DNA of 64,000 bases from Bacteroidales bacterium (lineage in GTDB: Bacteria > Bacteroidota > Bacteroidia > Bacteroidales > CAIWKO01), in contig JAGNBV010000001.1 in assembly GCA_018004645.1 (NCBI GenBank), forward strand, positions 4,665-68,664, written 5' to 3'. How positions within the stretch are numbered: the first letter of the stretch is position 1; every line of letters starts with the position of its first letter. This document shows, piece by piece, positions 30,937-38,412 of the stretch. Position numbers and translations under genes: made by a program. Below the pieces are notes generated by a model. That model searched no databases. It was not told where the DNA came from and saw nothing but the letters and a program-made list of their open reading frames with translations.

Positions 30937-31620
30937 TTAGAATGCGCTGATAATTTCCGGTAATTGCCGGTTCAGGTTGGCTATGGCGAAAGGGATATTC
31001 CATCGGTTGAGGTTGCGCGGCTCGATGTAATTGGAAATGGTACGTAACTGAAAACAGGGTGTTTTCTTTTTGATACAAGCGTACAAAAAGGCCGCTCCTT
31101 CCATACTTTCGGTGTCGGGGGCAAAGATGCGTTTTATTTTTTCGATGCGATGGGCCTCGCCGTTAATGGTATTCACGGTGATTCCTTTTACAGATTTCAC
31201 TTCACGGAGTTTGGGATTCCCGCAGGTGGTAGGGTTTACGATTTCGCCTTGTTCGTTAAATATCGCGTCCGGCAAATCAGTAGCAAATTCCAGTTTGCAA
31301 AGCGGAATAAAGTTGTCCCCGTAATCGGCGCCAAGTTCTGCAAAACAATCGGTGGTAATATGAACCAGTTCTCCGATGGCCAGGTCATTGGTAAAGCTTC
31401 CGGCTATGCCGGCATTCAGGGCAAAATCGAAATTTTGCAGATTGATTTCGCCCAGATGAAAGGCCGTGGCAACCATGCCCGGGCCTGTTATCAGTACGCT
31501 GACCTCGTGAGAAGCAATGCGGGAATGATAATAGTTTTTGTTTTTTTCAACAGTGATTCCGAGGCTGTTGAGTAAGGGTTGTATTTCGGCAATTGTGGCG
31601 GAAACGATTAAAATTTTCAT
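30937..31620 (-). CDS. mqnB: futalosine hydrolase (nucleoside phosphorylase family)
   Basis: Start moved to MKILIVSATIAEIQPL. PNP/MTAN-like ESMEGAAF motif. Adjacent to mqnD. Confidence 0.75.
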   Translation of the reverse strand: MKILIVSATIAEIQPLLNSLGITVEKNKNYYHSRIASHEVSVLITGPGMVATAFHLGEINLQNFDFALNAGIAGSFTNDLAIGELVHITTDCFAELGADYGDNFIPLCKLEFATDLPDAIFNEQGEIVNPTTCGNPKLREVKSVKGITVNTINGEAHRIEKIKRIFAPDTESMEGAAFLYACIKKKTPCFQLRTISNYIEPRNLNRWNIPFAIANLNRQLPEIISAF

Positions 31621-31689
31621 GAAAACGATATAAAAAAAGAAAGTTGCCCTGTTTTTAGAGCAACTTTCTGAAAAAAACATTGTTATGGT

Positions 31690-33345
31690 TTATTTTTGAA
31701 TGTTTGGTAATTCAAGGCCGTATCCTTTTTTCTTATCAACCATTTTTAATATTAATCCCAGAATCAATGCTGCAACGCCAAGCAGGGCAAGCATTAAGAG
31801 CGGATTGGTGTAATTGTACGAAACGGCTGCAACTTCGGGAGTCATAGTCTTATCAATCAATGCTTGTGCAATATCGGGATTGGATGCATTTAAGATTTTG
31901 CCAATCAGCAGCGGGAAAAGCCATAAGCCGATGTTTTGGATCAGGAAAATCAATGCATAAGCAGAACCGATAACTTTTTTATCAACAAGTTTTGGAACGC
32001 TTGGCCACAACGATGCCGGGACCAAAGAGAAAGAGGATCCCAGAATCAAGATGGTGATAAAAGCAACGATAACGCCACCTATGTTACTACCCTTGAACAT
32101 TGGCAAAATAAATGCAAAAGTTAAATGACAAACAATAAGCAGGATAGATCCCAGCATAAGCATGGAGGCTGCTTTACCTTTATTATCCACATATTTTCCC
32201 AGAATTGGGGTAATTCCTACAGCTAACAATGGGAATACCGCAAAGATTGATTCGGCAGATTGACGTTTGTATGCCATATAGCAGAAGATAAGGAGAGTAA
32301 TAATTGAAATTGTCAGCAGCACAATTTGTTTGTTTCTCTTTGAGAAATTACTCATGAAAGCAGTTGCAGCCACAATAAGCATAATTAGGTACTGAACAAC
32401 CGTTACCGAATTTGATGCCCAAAATGAGTCTGCGGGTATTTCAGTAAAGGTCAGGTTGCATTGCAGCATATTAACGGCATATTTCTGGAAAGGGAAAATG
32501 GCAGAATAATACAAAACACAGAGCAAAGCTACAAGCCAGAAACCGGTGCTGGACAGGATTTTGCCGATATCGCGAATCCGGAACGGATCGTCTTTTTCTT
32601 CTGCTTCGCCGGTTTGCGCATCAAGTTTTTTGTCCATGAAGAAATACGCTATAAACATGATGAGGGCAATCATCAATAGAATCACTCCGAAAGCCACCGA
32701 ACGGGAAACATCAACTGAACCAAAGGAACGTGCGATAACCGGAGAGAAAATCATGCAGGTAGCCACACCAAGACGGGCTAAAGCCATTTCTGATCCCATT
32801 GCCAACGCCATTTCTTTGCCCCTGAACCATTTAACAATACCGCGTGAAACCGTGATGCCGGCCATTTCAACACCGCATCCAAAAACCATAAAGCCTACTG
32901 CGGCAAATTTGGCCGAAGCAGGCATCCCTCTGTAAAAAGGAGAAACACCTAATTCATCAAATCCCGGAATATAATTTAAGTTATTGGTAAACCAGGTTTC
33001 TAAATTAGAACCCATAAACATTTCAGTTACAGCGTACCAATTAATTGCAGCGCCAACAAGCATTACAAATCCTGATAAAATTGCCGTAAATCTAACGCCC
33101 ATTTTATCCAGAATAATACCTGCGAAAATCAGGAAAAAGATAAAAACATTTAAAAATGTTTCAGATCCGGCATATGTGCCAAAAGCCGTGGAATCCCAGC
33201 CACGGGTTGATTCCAGCAAATCTTTAACCGGCGAAAGTATATCCATAAAGATATACGAACAAAACATAGCAAATGCCAATAATACCAGTGCTGTCCACCT
33301 AATAGAAGGGACATCTCTCATCAATTTTTGAATTTTTTCAGTCAT
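31690..33345 (-). CDS. MFS-type transporter
   Basis: 551 aa with about 12-14 hydrophobic helices and a central charged loop. Confidence 0.75.
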   Translation of the reverse strand: MTEKIQKLMRDVPSIRWTALVLLAFAMFCSYIFMDILSPVKDLLESTRGWDSTAFGTYAGSETFLNVFIFFLIFAGIILDKMGVRFTAILSGFVMLVGAAINWYAVTEMFMGSNLETWFTNNLNYIPGFDELGVSPFYRGMPASAKFAAVGFMVFGCGVEMAGITVSRGIVKWFRGKEMALAMGSEMALARLGVATCMIFSPVIARSFGSVDVSRSVAFGVILLMIALIMFIAYFFMDKKLDAQTGEAEEKDDPFRIRDIGKILSSTGFWLVALLCVLYYSAIFPFQKYAVNMLQCNLTFTEIPADSFWASNSVTVVQYLIMLIVAATAFMSNFSKRNKQIVLLTISIITLLIFCYMAYKRQSAESIFAVFPLLAVGITPILGKYVDNKGKAASMLMLGSILLIVCHLTFAFILPMFKGSNIGGVIVAFITILILGSSFSLVPASLWPSVPKLVDKKVIGSAYALIFLIQNIGLWLFPLLIGKILNASNPDIAQALIDKTMTPEVAAVSYNYTNPLLMLALLGVAALILGLILKMVDKKKGYGLELPNIQK

Positions 33346-33567
33346 AGTTTTTTTAAATTAAGCCACAAATTTATTCTTTTTATATTTGCAATGACAATCG
33401 GCGGAAATTTTTTTTAATCAGGATTTTCAAAAGCTTCATTGTTTTTAAAATGGCTGATTATCCGGTAAAAAGCATTAAAAAAGAATGCCTGATTAAAAAT
33501 ATCATAATTATCGTGTACTGTAAAGCAGCTTTTTTTTGGTCAATTATTTTGGAAAAAGTATCATATT

Positions 33568-34521
33568 ATGACGGTTACAAACGATAAAGACATGATGACA
33601 AACCAAAACAGCCTGATCACTATTTTGGGACCGACAGCCTGCGGAAAAACGCGGCTGGCTGTGGCGGTGGCCGAAAAAAACGGCGGGGAAATCATCAGCG
33701 CTGATTCGCGTCAGGTTTACCGGGGAATGACCATTGGAACCGGAAAAGATCTGGATGATTATCTGGTTGACGGGAAAAAAATCCCCTTTCACCTGATTGA
33801 TGTTGCTGATGCAGGAGAGGAGTACAATCTGTTTCGTTTTGTTTCCGATTTTAAAAAAGTTTTTGACGAGATCATCCTGAGAAAAAAAACGCCGGTTCTT
33901 TGCGGTGGAACAGGCATGTATATTGAAGCGGTGCTGAAAAATTATGCAGTTCCCGATGTGCCGGTAAACGAAGCCTTCCGCAAAACGCTGGAGAACAAAA
34001 CCGATAAGGAACTACAGACGCTTTTGGAGTCTTACAAAACACTGCACAATGAAACGGATACCGAAAACCGCCCCCGCTTGATAAGGGCATTGGAAATAGC
34101 CCATTTTGCTGCCGAAAAAAAACTTCTTCCTGAAAAATTGTTTGCGGGGGATAGTTATGTGTTTGGTATCTCCATGCCGCGTGATATGGTGCGCATGCGA
34201 ATCACCGACCGGCTGCATAAACGCCTGGAAGAAGGCATGATAGACGAAGTTAAACGCTTACTGGATGCGGGTGTCGGGGCTGATCGGCTGATTCGTTATG
34301 GGCTTGAGTACAGGTACATTACACAATATTTGTTGCGCGAATTTTCGTATGACGAAATGGTTCGCCTGTTGAACATAGCGATACATCAGTTTGCCAAGCG
34401 GCAAATGACCTGGTTCAGAGGCATGGAACGGAGGGGAATTGCCATCCATTGGATAGATGGGTTGTTGCCGGTTGAAGAGCAGGTGGAAATCATCAGCATT
34501 AACATTCGTAAGTTCAATTAG
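33568..34521 (+). CDS. miaA: tRNA dimethylallyltransferase
   Basis: P-loop GPTACGKT, then ISADSRQVYRGMTIGT and QFAKRQMTWFR. The start could instead be one of the internal Met codons about 25 nt downstream. Confidence 0.92.
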   Translation: MTVTNDKDMMTNQNSLITILGPTACGKTRLAVAVAEKNGGEIISADSRQVYRGMTIGTGKDLDDYLVDGKKIPFHLIDVADAGEEYNLFRFVSDFKKVFDEIILRKKTPVLCGGTGMYIEAVLKNYAVPDVPVNEAFRKTLENKTDKELQTLLESYKTLHNETDTENRPRLIRALEIAHFAAEKKLLPEKLFAGDSYVFGISMPRDMVRMRITDRLHKRLEEGMIDEVKRLLDAGVGADRLIRYGLEYRYITQYLLREFSYDEMVRLLNIAIHQFAKRQMTWFRGMERRGIAIHWIDGLLPVEEQVEIISINIRKFN

Positions 34522-34565
34522 TAAACGCAACGTTTAACAGCGAAAAAAGCCTATCTTTGCCCGAT

Positions 34566-35405
34566 ATGATAACAACCAATTACCATACACATACTCATTT
34601 TTGCGATGGCAGTACGGAACCCGAAAAATATGTTCTGGAAGCCATCAGTAAGGGGTTTTCAGCTTTGGGTTTCAGCGCTCATGCCCCCCTGCCTTTTGAA
34701 ACGGCCTGGACCCTGTCGCAGAAGAATGTTGGTGCTTATTGTACCGAAATAAACAATTTGCGCGAAAAGTACAAGGACTCAATCGAAATGTATCTTTCCA
34801 TGGAAATTGATTATCTGCCAGGCTTTTCCGGAAAGTTTAAGCAATTTAAAGAAAAATATCAGCTTGATTATACCCTTGGTGCGGTACACCTTGTCAAAGG
34901 CGCTGATGATAATGGCATGTGGTTCATCGATGGGCCTGAAAGCAACTTTGATACCGGCCTGAAAAATTTTTTTGACAACGACATCCGGACGGCGGTAGCA
35001 ATGTACTATGATCATCTTAATGAAATGATAATCAATGAAAAACCTGACATTATTGCTCATTTTGATAAAATAAAAATGAATAACAGAAACCGTTATTTTC
35101 GTGAGGATGAAGCCTGGTACCAGCATTTACTAGATAAAACCATAGAAATTATTGCACAGCATCAGTGTATTGTAGAAGTGAATACACGCGGTATTTATAC
35201 CGGCAAATGCAATGCGTGGTATCCCGGAAAAGAGGTTTTGAAAAAATGTTGTGAAATGAAAATTCCGGTTACGGTTAGCGCAGATGCCCACAAACCCTCC
35301 GACCTGAATTCTTATTTTGAAGAAACAGAGAAAATGCTTAAAGATGTTGGCTATCGGAGTGTCAGGGTGCTGCTAAACCATCGCTGGACCGAGCAGGAGA
35401 TCTGA
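34566..35405 (+). CDS. PHP-family histidinol-phosphatase-like protein
   Basis: NYHTHTHFCDGS metal site, AHFD, and SADAH. ATG at 34566 is preferred over the listed TTG at 34557. Confidence 0.8.
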   Translation: MITTNYHTHTHFCDGSTEPEKYVLEAISKGFSALGFSAHAPLPFETAWTLSQKNVGAYCTEINNLREKYKDSIEMYLSMEIDYLPGFSGKFKQFKEKYQLDYTLGAVHLVKGADDNGMWFIDGPESNFDTGLKNFFDNDIRTAVAMYYDHLNEMIINEKPDIIAHFDKIKMNNRNRYFREDEAWYQHLLDKTIEIIAQHQCIVEVNTRGIYTGKCNAWYPGKEVLKKCCEMKIPVTVSADAHKPSDLNSYFEETEKMLKDVGYRSVRVLLNHRWTEQEI

Positions 35406-35582
35406 TTAACCTGTGAACTGAAAAATTTCCCCCTTTTGTCTTTTCGTCTAATTACGCATTAAAAAAATTTCTATGCCGGCCCGTCCTGGCTGCCGAAAGC
35501 CGGATAGGGCTATACTAAACCAAAGCCTGACTGAGTCATTCGGGTTGGTTTGAACGATCCTGTTGCTTAATTTGTATGGCCC

Positions 35583-35918
35583 TTAAAACCAAAAGTACAC
35601 ATTAATTAAATATATTTTTGCCGGGTTTTTGTTGATGTTTCTAAGGATACAAGCATTTTTTGCCGACTGGGATACTTAAAACCAAATGTACATTACCTTT
35701 AATTTTGGTTTAATTTTGGTTTAATTATCTGCACCTTTATAAGCCTTTTTTTACCCCTGGGTTTAATTTGACCAACATTACACCGAAAATATACGTTAAA
35801 TACCGTAAAAACAAGCCTGTGGGCTTTTTTTTATGCCTGTAAAGGAGCCATGCCCGGAGCTATGTTTACATGGCGCCACTTAACCACCAAAAAAAAGGGG
35901 GGAAAACCAAATGTACAC
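35583..35918 (+). repeat. three direct copies of putative transposase-binding site AAAACCAAA(A/T)GTACA (attL L1-L3 analogues)
   Basis: Copies at 35583-35600, 35676-35693 and 35902-35918, all in the same orientation. Two inverted half-site-like TAATTTTGGTT units at 35700-35727. Confidence 0.75.
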
Positions 35919-35954
35919 GTTGGGCGGTCAGTTGGGCGGTCAGTTGGGCGGGCA
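35919..35954 (+). repeat. 12-bp tandem repeat x3 (GTTGGGCGGTCA)
   Basis: Two perfect units and one with a single change, immediately after the third transposase site. Confidence 0.9.
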
Positions 35955-36133
35955 AAAAACATTAAATATAATATACTTGTTTCTTTAAACCTGTTAAAAA
36001 AATTAGGTTTTATCACTAATGCACCCCCATAAATCCACCACTAAAGCAAATTAAAAACAAAGCAATAGCCACATAATCAGCATATTAATTAAAAAAGCGG
36101 GTAAAAACAGCGTAAAACAGGTAAAAACACAGC

Positions 36134-36793
36134 CTATTCGAGCCTGATCACACCCAGCACAAGGGCTATATTATAAATTTGCTTACGGTATAGTTCAAAA
36201 GGCCTATACTTGTCGTTGTCCGACACTATTGCGATGCTATCCTTATATTTGCCTTCCTGTACGCGTTTTATCAGTGGCCCCTGGTCGGTATCGAGCACAT
36301 AAACCTTGTTCCACTGAAAAAAAGTGTCTAAAGGCAGTTTTTTGCAGGCTACTATGTCGCCCGAGCTGTATTTTGGGTACATACTATCGCCTTTAACAGC
36401 TATCAAAAAGTCAGCGCCTTTAAATACAGGCACCACATACCGGTCGCACTCGTATTCGAGCACATTCAGGTCGTCAGTAAATGCTCCTGCCATTGCAGAT
36501 ATAGGTATCAAAGGTATGCCCGAACCATCTTCGGTGTGCTTTGCAATTGGGATATTGCTTTTTAACATTTCTCCATCACCTGTTATTAACCAATCAGCAC
36601 TTACCTCATATTTATTTAGCAATTTTTCAATAAAATCATAACTTGGTTTGTTTTTACCTTTATATATATTTAGTAAAACGGCTTCAGAAATTCCAGTTTC
36701 TTGCGAAAATCTATATCTTGTAATATTGTAATAATCAAGTATTTGAAAAATTCTTTTGTTAATACTCAATATTTTTTCATTTTTTTCTTGCAT
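36134..36793 (-). CDS. phage repressor: XRE-type HTH plus S24 (LexA/CI-like) peptidase domain
   Basis: N-terminal HTH (TRYRFSQETGISEAVLLNIYKG). C-terminal GDSMYPKY...KR autocleavage-type motifs. Leftward orientation at the prophage end, as for Mu c. Confidence 0.85.
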   Translation of the reverse strand: MQEKNEKILSINKRIFQILDYYNITRYRFSQETGISEAVLLNIYKGKNKPSYDFIEKLLNKYEVSADWLITGDGEMLKSNIPIAKHTEDGSGIPLIPISAMAGAFTDDLNVLEYECDRYVVPVFKGADFLIAVKGDSMYPKYSSGDIVACKKLPLDTFFQWNKVYVLDTDQGPLIKRVQEGKYKDSIAIVSDNDKYRPFELYRKQIYNIALVLGVIRLE

Positions 36794-36842
36794 TACTCAA
36801 TATATGTTTAGTATCTTTGTTGAAAATTTAAACACAAATGTA
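36763..36842. promoter_or_regulatory. divergent early/repressor promoter region with repeated TACTCAATAT boxes
   Basis: TACTCAATAT at 36763-36772 and 36794-36803. Plus-strand TATCTTTG -7 box at 36812-36819. Minus-strand TACATTTG box (complement of 36833-36840). Confidence 0.55.
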
Positions 36843-37035
36843 CGATATGCAAAAGTCGATTGCAAGTAAAATCAAAAATATTAAAGGGGATCTATACAAA
36901 AAGGCATCTTTAAAGTTCCATGTATCATACGCTTATGTAAGCATGATAGCTAATGACACAAACCGTGGCCAGCGCGGCAAGGGAAAACTCATAAAGGAGT
37001 TTTTAGAAAAAGAAATAGCAAAACAACGCAAGTAA
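36838..37035 (+). CDS. small Ner/Cro-like DNA-binding protein
   Basis: 65 aa and basic. First gene of the rightward early operon. HTH-like KFHVSYAYVSMIAND. Confidence 0.55.
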   Translation: MYDMQKSIASKIKNIKGDLYKKASLKFHVSYAYVSMIANDTNRGQRGKGKLIKEFLEKEIAKQRK

Positions 37036-37107
37036 TACCAATAAATATATCCGGCACCGGAAAAAGTCGTCTCGAAAAAAATAAGTACTAACCAAAAACG
37101 TCGCAAA

Positions 37108-37605
37108 ATGATCACAAAAAAGGATTGTCAAAACCATCAAACGGAAACTGAAGCATTGGGAAAGCTGCTATCTGATTCCCAATACCGTGAGCAATTACTG
37201 AATGAAACTGGCGATAAGAACCAGAATCAACTATGTACGCCGCAGGCTCAATATCAGATAGGAATTTTACAGTTGAACCGGATATTTGAAGTGCTGCAAA
37301 ACGAATCAAAAGAATGTCGGGACAGCTTGCCCATTTCTTCTGAGCTCGTTGAGATGGAGATAGCGAAATGTATTTCAAAATGTCTTGGAGATGTTCCCGA
37401 ACAAAAGCGAAGTATCGCGCATGTCCAAGCCCTTTTAAGGAAGTATAAAGTTGTTGTACCTCTTCGGACAGGAAATCACAGCGTATCTCTTCATAAGGTT
37501 CATGTGATTTTACAAGATAATTATGCAGGCTCATATTTGTGCAGTTTGATGAATATTATGCTTGCAGGATTTATGGGTTCAGAAACAAAAGTAATTAATT
37601 TTTAA
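37108..37605 (+). CDS. alternative hypothetical 165-aa protein (mutually exclusive with 37112..37534 minus)
   Basis: Co-oriented with the early operon and followed by a terminator at 37613-37643. Its composition is unusual (many Q, N and C). Confidence 0.3.
   Translation: MITKKDCQNHQTETEALGKLLSDSQYREQLLNETGDKNQNQLCTPQAQYQIGILQLNRIFEVLQNESKECRDSLPISSELVEMEIAKCISKCLGDVPEQKRSIAHVQALLRKYKVVVPLRTGNHSVSLHKVHVILQDNYAGSYLCSLMNIMLAGFMGSETKVINF
37112..37534 (-). CDS. hypothetical 140-aa protein (mutually exclusive with plus-strand ORF 37108..37605)
   Basis: Its amino-acid composition is more ordinary than that of the Q/C-rich plus-strand product. TACTTTTG box on the minus strand (complement of 37586-37593), ~50 nt upstream. 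Confidence 0.4.
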   Translation of the reverse strand: MSLHNYLVKSHEPYEEIRCDFLSEEVQQLYTSLKGLGHARYFAFVREHLQDILKYISLSPSQRAQKKWASCPDILLIRFAALQISGSTVKFLSDIEPAAYIVDSGSYRQFHSVIAHGIGNQIAAFPMLQFPFDGFDNPFL

Positions 37606-37612
37606 TAGCGAC

Positions 37613-37643
37613 GGGCCGAGTCCTTCGGGACAAGGCCCTTTTT
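37613..37643 (+). terminator. intrinsic terminator inside the early region
   Basis: GGGCC...GTCC-TTCG-GGAC...GGCCC hairpin followed by T5. Confidence 0.6.
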
Positions 37644-37668
37644 AATTAAACAAAAAACGAAGTATAAA

Positions 37669-37836
37669 ATGGCAAAAAAAGTCAAAACCAGGTATTGTAA
37701 AATTCAATTAAACGGTTCGATGCTCACTAAGCGTGAAGCTATTGAAAAAGTTACTGAAATAATAAACAGTATGGCCGAAGGCACAATAATCGACGATCTG
37801 ACTATAAATGGCCGGATTTATCTGAAAAAACCTTAG
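37669..37836 (+). CDS. hypothetical 55-aa protein
   Basis: ATG ORF MAKKVKTRYCKIQLNG.... Overlaps the 3' end of minus-strand ORF 37802..37993 by 35 nt. Not in the ORF track. Confidence 0.3.
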   Translation: MAKKVKTRYCKIQLNGSMLTKREAIEKVTEIINSMAEGTIIDDLTINGRIYLKKP

Positions 37837-37993
37837 AATGACGATCGGAAATCAGTTTTTTCATTGCATCACAACCGCAGGTTCTTTTTTCAATCCATTT
37901 GTTTTTATTGATTATTTCAAATGACCACATGGCACCACAAACAGGACAATTTACCGAGTATACCTCAGATAATTTACTATGCAATTCAAACAT
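37802..37993 (-). CDS. 63-aa zinc-ribbon protein
   Basis: CPVCG...CGCD four-Cys pattern. Own TATATTTG box (complement of 38022-38029), 28 nt upstream of the ATG. Confidence 0.5.
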   Translation of the reverse strand: MFELHSKLSEVYSVNCPVCGAMWSFEIINKNKWIEKRTCGCDAMKKLISDRHSKVFSDKSGHL

Positions 37994-38139
37994 ATTACTT
38001 AATATTTTTTGGTTAGCACATCAAATATAAGTAATTCTTCCCGGATGGTCGCAGGGGCTGTTCGACTCAGCCTCCGGGAACAAAAAACCAATATCAACCA
38101 AAAACACCAAACATTAATATAAAAACACTAAAATTATGA

Positions 38140-38382
38140 TTATTCAACATACTTGTAACCAACATCGTTCTGAAGGCAATAAGCCTCAATCGCATTCATT
38201 AAAAGGCACGCCTCCCCAGTGCTATAATTGTTCAAAGGAATATAAAACACGTCTTTGTAATGACGATCCGTTACCGGGTGAAACTGCAGCCGTAACAAGG
38301 AAACGTACTTGGCCAATTGCTTGGATTTACAGCTCAATTCCTTGTCAGATTCGTACTCTAAAATCTGTAGTTTAATTTTCAT
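38140..38382 (-). CDS. 80-aa hypothetical protein, possibly HicB-like fold
   Basis: Start at MKIKLQILEYES.... TATCTTTG box (complement of 38396-38403), 14 nt upstream. The plus-strand alternative, 38136..38375, looks like junk. Confidence 0.5.
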   Translation of the reverse strand: MKIKLQILEYESDKELSCKSKQLAKYVSLLRLQFHPVTDRHYKDVFYIPLNNYSTGEACLLMNAIEAYCLQNDVGYKYVE

Positions 38383-38412
38383 GGTGTTTTTTTTACAAAG
38401 ATAAGATACCAC

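Noticed and set aside
35831-36032. ORFs of 61 aa (-) and 60 aa (+) at the prophage left end
   Set aside because: They are translations of the 12-bp tandem repeat and the transposase-binding region (PTDRPTDRPT / GRSVGRSVGR).
38136-38375. Plus-strand 79-aa ORF upstream of the transposase
   Set aside because: Its composition is implausible (C/P/Q-rich). The opposite-strand 80-aa ORF looks protein-like and has its own promoter box.
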